Below are positions 19,269 through 27,979 of a DNA stretch of 64,000 bases, piece by piece. Origin of the DNA: Clostridia bacterium (lineage in GTDB: Bacteria; Bacillota; Clostridia; HGM11514); NCBI GenBank assembly GCA_045586685.1, contig JAZNAU010000034.1, positions 1 to 64,000 on the forward strand, given 5' to 3'. Both the position numbers and the translations under genes were made by a program. A model generated the notes under the pieces. It had not been told where the DNA came from and made no database searches. It saw nothing but the letters and a program-made list of their open reading frames with translations. The first letter of the stretch is position 1; every line of letters starts with the position of its first letter.

Positions 19269-20672
19269 ATGGGAGTGGATTTTTTGCGAAAAAAATTATA
19301 TAACAGCATCTTTATTACGGTTATTTTCGCCTCTTTTGTAACCCTATTACGAATGTTTTTCGCAGGGCGTTCTTTGTGGTTGGACGAAGGAATGCTTGCA
19401 TGGTCATTTACCCAACGTTCTTTGGCTGACTTGGTGTCAGCACCCTTGGAAAAAATGCAATCAGCTCCGGTGTTGTATCTTTATATAGTCAAAATTATTA
19501 CTTTGATTTTTGGAAACAACGAATTTACTCTTCGTGTTTTTTCCATTCTCTGCTATTGTATTACTCTGGTCTTAACCTATTGTCTCAGCAAAAATCTAAA
19601 ATATCCTCTGGCGGTTTGTGCTTTTGTTGCATCTAATGCCAGAATTCTGAGACTTTCAAATGAATTTAAGCCCTATATTTCCGATTGTATGGCTGTAATT
19701 TTAGTATTGTTTCTTTACAAGCTTTATAGAGAAGACAAGCTTTCCATAGGATGGTTAACCGTTTCGTTTGTTACTTTAATTTGGTTTTCCAATCCTACTT
19801 GTTTTTTCATTTCTGCTATTTTGCTTTTTGAATTTTTCAGAACACCCAAGAAAATCCTTTTGCCGGGTGTTTTGTGTCTGATTAGCTTTGGATTGTATTT
19901 TCTCTTTTGGCTGTATCCTGTCATTGATCAGGGAGATATGCAGGAATTTTGGACAGGTCAGTATTTTCCCCTGATTCCCACATCCATAGAAGATTTAAAA
20001 ACAATAAAAAGCATGTTTTACGAGATTTCTAAGTATGTGGCAAAACCGGATTTAGGAATCACCCTTTTTGCATGTTTTGCTTTGGTTAAAAACTTTATTA
20101 AGGAGAAGGACCCTGTTATTTTTATGACCTTTGCTGGGATTTTTGTCGCATTGGTGGCGTCCTACCTCACTTGTTATCCGGTTGAAGTCAGACTTTGGTT
20201 GTTTGTGTATCCTTTGGTGGCCTATCTGGCATTTTATTTTATTGACTCTTTAGACAAGTCAACAACCATTCTTGCCTTTGCTTTTGTATTTTGTGCCTGT
20301 GGTATTCAAGAATATACCAAAAGAGAAAACTTGTTTTATCATCGCGAAGAGCTCAACCCGATTATTGAATATGTACACGATAAAGATGACTTTATTTACG
20401 TATACCTTGCTTCCGCGCCTACTTATTGTTATAAAAACAATTATGAAATTGGTGATAATGTTTTGTTGGGAACGCAAACCTTTGCGGAATATAATCCGGA
20501 CTTGGAAATCATAAAAAAACACGATAAAGGCTATATAGTAACTTCCCACCATTACGGATTTAAATTGGATGGATTGTTTGCAGACTTAATAGAAAATGGT
20601 TATGATGTTTCAGTGGAAATGGAAGTCTATCAAACAAAACTGTATTATTTTGAAAAACAATTGGCTCAATAA
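19269..20672 (+). CDS. Polytopic GT-C-like (ArnT/PMT, family 39-like) membrane glycosyltransferase
   Basis: SLWLDE after the first TM, P.LYL, E..LR.FS, E.KPY and R..LF.YP motifs; many TMs plus a C-terminal soluble domain; start codon uncertain. Confidence 0.65.
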   Translation: MGVDFLRKKLYNSIFITVIFASFVTLLRMFFAGRSLWLDEGMLAWSFTQRSLADLVSAPLEKMQSAPVLYLYIVKIITLIFGNNEFTLRVFSILCYCITLVLTYCLSKNLKYPLAVCAFVASNARILRLSNEFKPYISDCMAVILVLFLYKLYREDKLSIGWLTVSFVTLIWFSNPTCFFISAILLFEFFRTPKKILLPGVLCLISFGLYFLFWLYPVIDQGDMQEFWTGQYFPLIPTSIEDLKTIKSMFYEISKYVAKPDLGITLFACFALVKNFIKEKDPVIFMTFAGIFVALVASYLTCYPVEVRLWLFVYPLVAYLAFYFIDSLDKSTTILAFAFVFCACGIQEYTKRENLFYHREELNPIIEYVHDKDDFIYVYLASAPTYCYKNNYEIGDNVLLGTQTFAEYNPDLEIIKKHDKGYIVTSHHYGFKLDGLFADLIENGYDVSVEMEVYQTKLYYFEKQLAQ

Positions 20673-20810
20673 CTCTTGTTGATGACAAAAGGATTATCAT
20701 TTGATGTAACCTGAAAAAGTTGGACTTTTGGGTATAATAATTTTATGAAAGATAATCAACTCTAACAATGATAATGTATCTTATAAATGGCAACGAAAGG
20801 ATTGATGAGA

Positions 20811-21206
20811 ATGTTTCAAATCAGACCGGCAATACCGGAGGATTATTATTCTATTAAAGAATGTCTGAATGCTCACGGAAAAGAATTGCAGTTGACTCCT
20901 AAAATCGGCATTATGACAGCGATTGAGGATGGATTTGCAGGCTTGGGGATTTACCGTCTGGATGAAACAAAAGCGGAAATCCTTGAGGTGATTACGGTAG
21001 ACGAACAGGATTGGGAGCTGGCATTTTTTATTGGAAAAGCAATACTGAATAAAGTGGATTTACAGGGAGCCAAGGACGTATTCTGCCATAACAATGAAAT
21101 TGGTGATTTGTTGAAGAAACTGGAATTTTTGGAAAAAGAGACGGGCAAATGGTACTTGAATCTGGAAGGATATTTTACCTCTCCCTGTCAGAGGAAGAAG
21201 ACATGA
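20811..21206 (+). CDS. Hypothetical protein, possibly degenerate GNAT fold
   Basis: IRPA.PED N-terminus; ATGA overlap with dusB; may start at 20787. Confidence 0.55.
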   Translation: MFQIRPAIPEDYYSIKECLNAHGKELQLTPKIGIMTAIEDGFAGLGIYRLDETKAEILEVITVDEQDWELAFFIGKAILNKVDLQGAKDVFCHNNEIGDLLKKLEFLEKETGKWYLNLEGYFTSPCQRKKT

Positions 21207-22153
21207 AAAATATCTTAAAAACATCTCCCGTTTTACTTGCACCTATGGCGGGGGTGACGGACTATCCCTTTCGTCTGATTTGCAGACGGTTCGGGGCAAC
21301 GCTTACTTATTCTGAGATGATTAGCACCAAAGCCTTATCTTTTGGAGATAAAAAGACAAAGGATTTGTTGTATCATGAAGGGGAAACCCCTTTTGCCGCT
21401 CAGATTTTCGGGCATGAACCGGAGGTGATGGCGGAAGGGGCAGTCTATGTAAGAGAACAGGGAGCGGATATTGTGGATATCAATATGGGTTGTCCTGCTC
21501 CTAAGGTTGCAAATAACGGAGACGGAAGTGCACTCTTAAAAACTCCCGATCTTTGCGGTAGAATTGTATCAGCGGTAAAACGTGCTGTGGACTGTCCTGT
21601 TACAGCGAAAATCAGATTGGGTTGGGAAGAGAATAACGGTGTTACGGTTGCAAAGATTTTGGAACAGTCAGGGGCAGACGCCATTTGTGTTCACGGACGT
21701 ACCCGTGCTCAGCAGTACAGCGGTCGGGCAGACTGGACGGGAATTGCAAAAATTAAGCAGGCGGTGTCCGTTCCTGTAATTGCAAACGGTGATGTGGTTG
21801 ATAAAGAAAGCTATGAAGCAATCCTAAAAGAAACCAAGTGTGATGCTGTCATGATTGGTAGAGGTGCTATGGGGAACCCTTGGATTTTCAGGGAACTTAA
21901 CGGAGGACAGCCTCCCACTTTAGAGGAACGAATCATGCAGGCACTTGAACATACCAAAATGCTGATTGACCACAAGGGCGGGCATATTGGTATTTTAGAA
22001 TCAAGAAAGCATGTTTGCTGGTATTTAAAAGGGATATCGGGAAGCAGTCACATCAAGGGAGATGTGAATACTGCAAAATCCTATGAAGAAATGGAAATCG
22101 TTCTTCTGTCCTTTTTGCAGAAAATTCAAACATTCAAATCTGGAGGGATGTAA
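21203..22153 (+). CDS. dusB: tRNA dihydrouridine synthase B
   Basis: LAPMAGVTD, DINMGCP, HGRT, ANGD, MIGRG. Confidence 0.94.
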   Translation: MKNILKTSPVLLAPMAGVTDYPFRLICRRFGATLTYSEMISTKALSFGDKKTKDLLYHEGETPFAAQIFGHEPEVMAEGAVYVREQGADIVDINMGCPAPKVANNGDGSALLKTPDLCGRIVSAVKRAVDCPVTAKIRLGWEENNGVTVAKILEQSGADAICVHGRTRAQQYSGRADWTGIAKIKQAVSVPVIANGDVVDKESYEAILKETKCDAVMIGRGAMGNPWIFRELNGGQPPTLEERIMQALEHTKMLIDHKGGHIGILESRKHVCWYLKGISGSSHIKGDVNTAKSYEEMEIVLLSFLQKIQTFKSGGM

Positions 22154-22154
22154 A

Positions 22155-23381
22155 ATGAAAAAAGTAATTACTTTGTTTTTTGCTTTTGTACTGACATTGT
22201 CTTTCGTGGCTTGCGGGGATTCTGAAAAGACTCAGCAGGAAGCACAAATTCCTGTGGGGGATTCCGATATTAAAGTAGGTTTTGTATTGAGCGGTGACGA
22301 AAATGACAGTGCAACAAAGGCATACTATCAGGGCATACTGGCAATGAAAGAGGAATTAGGACTGACCGATCATCAGATTGTGATAAAGCGAAATGTTACT
22401 GCCGGTGAAAAAGCGTATAATGCAGCGGTTGATTTGGCTGATCAATTTTGTGATATTATTTTTTCCAACAGTTTCGGGCATGAAGAGTATATGATTCGTG
22501 CCGCTACGGAATACCCTGATGCACAGTTTTGTCAGGCGGGGGGGTATCAGGCAGAGACCTGCGGTCTGGAAAACATGCACAATTATTTTTATGATGTTTA
22601 TGAGTCACGTTATGTATCCGGTATTGTAGCCGGGATGAAACTGAACGAGATGATTGAAAAGGGTGAAATTACTTCCGAACAAGCCAAAATGGGATATGTA
22701 GGCACCTTTACATCTCCAGAGGTAATCTCAGGTTATACTGCCTTTTATCTGGGTGCAAAATCTGTATGTGAATCGGTTGCTATGGATGTTAAATATACCG
22801 GTTTCTTGGCAAATGAGAATTTGGAACAGGATACTGTAAACGAATTGGTTAACGATGGTTGTGTCCTGATTAGTCATCACACGGACACCTACAGTGTTGC
22901 AACTGCTTGTCAGGAAATAGGCGTGCCGGTTGTGGGATATCATATTTCTATGCTGGAAACCGCTCCTGATACGGCTTTGACATCTGTAGCCATTGATTGG
23001 GAATCATACATTACCTTCGCTGTAAAGAGTGTAATAGACGGAACGGAAATTCCGACGGACTGGTCTGAAGGATATGCAGAGGGCGGGGTTGCCATAACCC
23101 AGCTTAATGAAGCTCTCGTTGCCCAAGGAACTGCTAAGGCAGTTGAAACAGCAGAAAATGCGTTGAAGACGGGCAGTTTACAAGTGTTTGATATTTCCGC
23201 ATGGACAGTAGGCGGTGAAACCATCACCACTACAGCAACGGATGAATGGAATGAATCCTACTATGGGATAGAGTACATTAGAAACGGTGCCTTTCAGGAA
23301 TCTATCTTTGCTTCCGCTCCCGCCTTTTCCTCAAGAATAGATGGTATAACGGAGCTGAATCAGATTTATTTTTGGGAATGA
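22155..23381 (+). CDS. BMP family (PnrA/Med-like) substrate-binding lipoprotein
   Basis: Lipobox FVAC; IIFSNSFGHE, RYVSGIVAG, GYTAFYLGA; start after GGAGG. Confidence 0.85.
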   Translation: MKKVITLFFAFVLTLSFVACGDSEKTQQEAQIPVGDSDIKVGFVLSGDENDSATKAYYQGILAMKEELGLTDHQIVIKRNVTAGEKAYNAAVDLADQFCDIIFSNSFGHEEYMIRAATEYPDAQFCQAGGYQAETCGLENMHNYFYDVYESRYVSGIVAGMKLNEMIEKGEITSEQAKMGYVGTFTSPEVISGYTAFYLGAKSVCESVAMDVKYTGFLANENLEQDTVNELVNDGCVLISHHTDTYSVATACQEIGVPVVGYHISMLETAPDTALTSVAIDWESYITFAVKSVIDGTEIPTDWSEGYAEGGVAITQLNEALVAQGTAKAVETAENALKTGSLQVFDISAWTVGGETITTTATDEWNESYYGIEYIRNGAFQESIFASAPAFSSRIDGITELNQIYFWE

Positions 23382-23579
23382 TTGTAACCAAAAAAAATGA
23401 TAGAGAAGAAGGACGATGAAAATTGTTCAATCTATTATTTTTAGTGCAGAAAATTTCCTTTTTAATTATTACATCTGCTGTATTTAAACTTTTTTAACAG
23501 AAAATATTGAAATTTTGTGTAAAGTGTGTTATAGTATAATATGTAAAAATTGAATTTACTCGAAAAGGAGTCCTGCTTT

Positions 23580-24263
23580 ATGAAAAAAATGTACGAAGGC
23601 AAAACCAAAGATGTTTATAGTTTGGATAACGGCAATGTAATGCTGAAGTTTAAAGATGACTGCACAGGAAAAGACGGTGTATTTGACCCCGGTGAAAACA
23701 GTGTAGGTCTGACAATTGAAGGAATCGGAAAAGCAAATTTAAGAACCTCGGTTTATTATTTTGATTTGTTGAAGGAAGCAGGAATTAAAACTCACTATGT
23801 AAGTGCGAATGTTGATGAAGCTACAATGGAGGTTCTTCCTGCCACTGTATTTGGTCATGGTTTGGAGGTTATTTGCCGTCTGGTTGCGACAGGAAGTTTT
23901 ATCCGCAGATACGGTGAGTATATTGAAGACGGAACTGTGTTAGAAGGCGGATACGTGGAATGTACCTTTAAAAATGACGATAAGGGCGATCCGTTGGTAA
24001 CAGGGGAAGGTTTGGCAGCCTTAGGTGTTATGACTCCTGAAATGTTTGAAAGCATGAAGGAACAAACTCTTAACATTACCAAAATTGTTGCGGATGACTT
24101 GAAGTCTATCGGTCTGGACTTGTGGGATATTAAGTTTGAGTTTGGCTATAACAACGGGGAAGTTATTTTGATTGACGAAATCGCCTCCGGTAATATGCGT
24201 GTTTATCAGGACGGAAAAATTGTTGACCCTGTTGAGTTGACCAAATTGATTTTAAATCGATAA
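23580..24263 (+). CDS. purC: SAICAR synthetase
   Basis: [31 protein letters not shown]. Confidence 0.92.
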   Translation: MKKMYEGKTKDVYSLDNGNVMLKFKDDCTGKDGVFDPGENSVGLTIEGIGKANLRTSVYYFDLLKEAGIKTHYVSANVDEATMEVLPATVFGHGLEVICRLVATGSFIRRYGEYIEDGTVLEGGYVECTFKNDDKGDPLVTGEGLAALGVMTPEMFESMKEQTLNITKIVADDLKSIGLDLWDIKFEFGYNNGEVILIDEIASGNMRVYQDGKIVDPVELTKLILNR

Positions 24264-24265
24264 CA

Positions 24266-24303
24266 AATAAGAAAAGTGCAGGTTATCCTGCACTTTTCTT
24301 ATT
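24266..24303. terminator. Intrinsic terminator after purC
   Basis: Perfect 17-bp inverted repeat AATAAGAAAAGTGCAGG-ttat-CCTGCACTTTTCTTATT. Confidence 0.88.
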
Positions 24304-24330
24304 GACAAAAAAGGAAAAATTTGCTATAAT
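24302..24330 (+). promoter_or_regulatory. Consensus SigA promoter of the lipid/ftsH operon
   Basis: TTGACA-17bp-TATAAT with extended TG. Confidence 0.8.
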
Positions 24331-24422
24331 AAAGATATTGGGGAGTGATTCGTTGTGTTTTTTAAAAGACACAGGTTTAGTCCCTATTTTTGTATAGGAG
24401 TGCAAGAAAGAAGGGAGTACTA

Positions 24423-24992
24423 ATGAGATTAAAAAAACAGGATTGGCTGACAATTCCCAATTTATTAAGCCTGTTCCGTTTGATTCTGATTCCTGTGTAT
24501 GTTTGTTATTATCTGGGGGCAGATACAAGGAAAGAACATTTTATTTCGGCAGTCATTTTAGGGATTTCTTCCTTTACCGATTTGTTAGACGGATTGATTG
24601 CCCGTAAATTCTGTATGATTTCGAATCTTGGGAAAGTATTGGATCCTATTGCAGATAAATGCACTCAGGGGGTTGTGATGATTTGTCTGGGGTTAAAATA
24701 TCCGTCTATATGGCTTTTGTTTGGCCTTTTTGTAATCAAAGAAGGATTTATGCTGGCAATGGGGTTGTTCAATCTGAAGCATGGTAAAATTCCATCAGGT
24801 GCATTGATGATTGGAAAAATTTGCACTACGGTGCTGTTTATCAGTATGATCATTTTAGTCATGATTCCCCATATACCGTTGGGGATACTCAAATTTTTAA
24901 TTATAATTTGTGCAATATTTATGCTTCTTTCTTTGGGGATGTATGTCAGTGCGTTTTTTGGGAAAAATGATTATTTACAAAGCATTGAATAG
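24423..24992 (+). CDS. CDP-alcohol phosphatidyltransferase (PgsA-like)
   Basis: TIPNLLS.FR; signature DLLDGLIAR....SNLGKVLDPIADK. Confidence 0.9.
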   Translation: MRLKKQDWLTIPNLLSLFRLILIPVYVCYYLGADTRKEHFISAVILGISSFTDLLDGLIARKFCMISNLGKVLDPIADKCTQGVVMICLGLKYPSIWLLFGLFVIKEGFMLAMGLFNLKHGKIPSGALMIGKICTTVLFISMIILVMIPHIPLGILKFLIIICAIFMLLSLGMYVSAFFGKNDYLQSIE

Positions 24993-25000
24993 GTGATGGT

Positions 25001-25498
25001 ATGAAATTGATGCGCAGTTTGCTTTATCTTGGACTTTTAGGATTGTTTTCTTATTTTACGGGAGAAGCATTACCCAGAGAATGGATGAACGAAGAGACCG
25101 CCTTTTTCCGTCCCCGTCATTGGGAGAGAAGAGGAAAGGTTTATGAAATATTCCAAATTAAAAAGTGGAAGTTGAAGCTGATTGACATGAGCAAGATTAT
25201 GAAAACCAGTAACGTCCGAAAGGAAATCAAGGGGGAGGTTACAGTGGAAAATCTGACTGCCTTGATTAAAGAAACCTGTATTGCAGAGCTTTCTCATTGG
25301 TTTTTGTGTGTTGGTTCTGTATTTGTGTATAACTTTTGGGATAACTGGGTGGGAGGATTGGTCTGGCTACTGTATGTCATCGGAAATTTTCCTTTTATTA
25401 TGATTCAAAGATATAACCGCCCTAATTTGCAACGGTTACGGGAACGTGTGATTGCCAGAGAACAGAGAACAAGAGAGAGGGGCATTTCTTTTGATTAA
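25001..25498 (+). CDS. CrtO-like (glycosyl-4,4'-diaponeurosporenoate acyltransferase family) membrane protein
   Basis: WE..G..YE...IKKWK..L.D, ETC.AEL.HW and GNFPFIMIQRYNRP.L match the CrtO family pattern. Confidence 0.75.
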   Translation: MKLMRSLLYLGLLGLFSYFTGEALPREWMNEETAFFRPRHWERRGKVYEIFQIKKWKLKLIDMSKIMKTSNVRKEIKGEVTVENLTALIKETCIAELSHWFLCVGSVFVYNFWDNWVGGLVWLLYVIGNFPFIMIQRYNRPNLQRLRERVIAREQRTRERGISFD

Positions 25499-26150
25499 CT
25501 ACCGTGAATTTCGTTGGAATAAATTGAATAGTTCTGAGTATCGTCATTTAAAACTTTTACTTTTCTGGCCTTTTTACGGGATTGTTTTCTTTCTTTTAGA
25601 ACGAGGCTTGAAACGAAACTATCATCCGGTTCATTGTGCCTTGGACGATAAAATCCCTTTTTGCGAGTATTTTCTGATTCCTTATTATGCTTGGTTTGTT
25701 TTTTTAATCGGCATGCTTCTTTATACTTTGCTTGTGGATACAAAATGTTTTTGCCAAACGATGAAATTTATTATGATTACATATACAGTAACCTGTATCA
25801 TATATTTGATTTACCCTACCTGTCAGGAGCTAAGACCTGAGATTTTTTTACAAAATAATGTGTTTACGAATGTGGTGAGATTTTTGTATAAGTTTGACAC
25901 CAATACCAATGTGTGTCCTTCCATTCATGTTATCGGGTCATTAGCGGTGTTGTTTGCCTCTTGGAACACACCTCAGCTTCGCCGTTTTGGATGGCAGGTT
26001 TTTTTCTGGGTGGGTACGGTGTTGATTTGTCTGTCAACCGTCTTTTTAAAACAACATTCTGTTATAGATGTTGCTGCGGCAATTCCTCTTTGCCTGCTTT
26101 CTTACCCGATTTCATTCGGGAAAATTGATAAAGTTAGAGGTGAAACTTGA
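25491..26150 (+). CDS. PAP2-superfamily membrane enzyme (IPC-synthase/AUR1-like phosphotransferase or phosphatase)
   Basis: LD..IPF...F.IPY, LRP, D..TNVCPSIHV, STVFLKQHSVIDV; TTG start assumed. Confidence 0.82.
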   Translation: MINYREFRWNKLNSSEYRHLKLLLFWPFYGIVFFLLERGLKRNYHPVHCALDDKIPFCEYFLIPYYAWFVFLIGMLLYTLLVDTKCFCQTMKFIMITYTVTCIIYLIYPTCQELRPEIFLQNNVFTNVVRFLYKFDTNTNVCPSIHVIGSLAVLFASWNTPQLRRFGWQVFFWVGTVLICLSTVFLKQHSVIDVAAAIPLCLLSYPISFGKIDKVRGET

Positions 26151-27979
26151 TGAAAGAAATTAAAAATAACAGAAAGCCTTTTATTTTTTATTACATGATT
26201 GTGATGGTTGTGATTATGGTTATCAATACCATCGTTGTTCCCATGACCAATTCTGCAAGGGTGAAAACCGTAGAATATTCTGACTTTTTGACCATGGTTG
26301 AAGAGGATGAGGTTGCAAAGGTCGAAATTGAGGAAACCTTGATTTTGTTTCAAGATAAGGAAGAAGGCTTGTACAAAACAGGTATTGTCAACGACCCTGA
26401 ATTAGTCAATCGTCTGAACGAGGCTGGAGTGGAATTTGGTTCTGAAATTGTGGAACAGCCTTCTCTTTTAATGACCATTTTTTTGAATTATCTGATTCCC
26501 ATTCTGATTTTTGTTGCATTAGGTCAGCTTTTGATGAAAAAAATGTCAGGAAAGCTGGGCGGAAATGCCATGTCCTTTGGAAAAAGCAATGCCAAGGTGT
26601 ATGTCCGTTCCTCTGACGGAATTAAGTTCAGTGACGTAGCAGGGGAGGACGAGGCGAAAGAAGCATTAACCGAAATTGTAGATTTTCTTCATAACCCAAA
26701 AAAATATCAGGAAATCGGAGCCAAAATGCCAAAAGGTGCTTTGCTTGTAGGCCCTCCCGGAACGGGGAAAACCCTTCTTGCAAAAGCGGTTGCAGGGGAG
26801 GCAAATGTTCCTTTTTTCTCCATTTCCGGTTCTGAATTTGTGGAAATGTTTGTGGGGATGGGAGCGGCAAAGGTGCGTGATTTATTCAAACAGGCGGCAC
26901 AAAAAGCACCTTGTATTGTATTTATTGACGAAATTGATACCATTGGAAAAAGGCGTGACGGAGGAGGACTTACGGGCAATGACGAACGAGAACAAACCTT
27001 AAACCAGCTGTTAACAGAAATGGATGGGTTTGACAGTTCCAAGGGGGTTGTCATTTTAGCAGCCTCCAACCGTCCTGATTCCCTTGACCCCGCTCTTTTA
27101 CGACCCGGTCGATTTGACCGCAGAATTCCCGTTGAGCTTCCCGATTTGGCGGGAAGAGAAGCCATTTTAAAGGTCCATGCCAAGAAAATTCATGTGATGG
27201 ACGGAATTAACTATAATGAGGTGGCAAGAATGGCATCGGGCGCGTCGGGTGCGGAGCTTGCCAACATTGTAAACGAAGCGGCGTTAAGAGCCGTTCGTGA
27301 CGGACGGCGGGCAGTAACTCAAGGTGATATGATTGAAAGCATCGAAACAGTCATTGCAGGCTATCAAAAAAAGAACAAGGTGTTATCCGAAAAGGAAAAG
27401 CTGATTGTGTCCTATCACGAGGTAGGCCATGCCCTTGTGGCGGCACTCCAGACACACAGCGCCCCTGTTACCAAAATCACCATAATCCCCAGAACCTCGG
27501 GCGCACTTGGCTATACTATGCAGGTGGATGAGGGAGAGCATAATCTTCAGTCCAAAGAGGAACTGGAAAATAAAATTGCTACCTTCACAGGAGGCAGGGC
27601 AGCAGAAGAACTGATTTTTTCTTCTGTTACCACAGGTGCCTCCAACGATATTGAGCAGGCAACGAAAATTGCCCGTGCCATGATTACCCGCTTTGGTATG
27701 AATGAGGAGTTTGGTATGGTGGCAATGGAAACTGTGAACAATCAGTATTTGGGCGGAGATGCATCTTTGACGTGTTCTCCTGAAACAGCCGCAGAAATTG
27801 ACCGTAAGGTGGTCAGTCTGGTACGAAAACAACATGAAAAAGCAACCAAATTGTTAACCGAAAATATGTCAACCCTTCATCGTCTGGCAAAGTATCTTTA
27901 CGAGCATGAAACCATTACAGGGGATGAATTTATGGCATTGTTACAGGAATCTGATTCACTGTCATCAGGAGCGGTTTGA
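26150..27979 (+). CDS. ftsH: ATP-dependent zinc metalloprotease FtsH
   Basis: Two TMs, Walker A GPPGTGKT, Walker B FIDEID, SRH motif, HEVGH zinc site. Confidence 0.96.
   Translation: MKEIKNNRKPFIFYYMIVMVVIMVINTIVVPMTNSARVKTVEYSDFLTMVEEDEVAKVEIEETLILFQDKEEGLYKTGIVNDPELVNRLNEAGVEFGSEIVEQPSLLMTIFLNYLIPILIFVALGQLLMKKMSGKLGGNAMSFGKSNAKVYVRSSDGIKFSDVAGEDEAKEALTEIVDFLHNPKKYQEIGAKMPKGALLVGPPGTGKTLLAKAVAGEANVPFFSISGSEFVEMFVGMGAAKVRDLFKQAAQKAPCIVFIDEIDTIGKRRDGGGLTGNDEREQTLNQLLTEMDGFDSSKGVVILAASNRPDSLDPALLRPGRFDRRIPVELPDLAGREAILKVHAKKIHVMDGINYNEVARMASGASGAELANIVNEAALRAVRDGRRAVTQGDMIESIETVIAGYQKKNKVLSEKEKLIVSYHEVGHALVAALQTHSAPVTKITIIPRTSGALGYTMQVDEGEHNLQSKEELENKIATFTGGRAAEELIFSSVTTGASNDIEQATKIARAMITRFGMNEEFGMVAMETVNNQYLGGDASLTCSPETAAEIDRKVVSLVRKQHEKATKLLTENMSTLHRLAKYLYEHETITGDEFMALLQESDSLSSGAV

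Noticed and set aside
20690-20786. Possible Fur box (several GATAAT/ATTATC hexamers)
   Set aside because: No contiguous 19-bp consensus, AT-rich background, and downstream genes unrelated to iron.
23382-23579. Purine riboswitch upstream of purC
   Set aside because: The conserved aptamer core and three-way junction were not found; only a weak hairpin and promoter-like AT-rich sequence are present.
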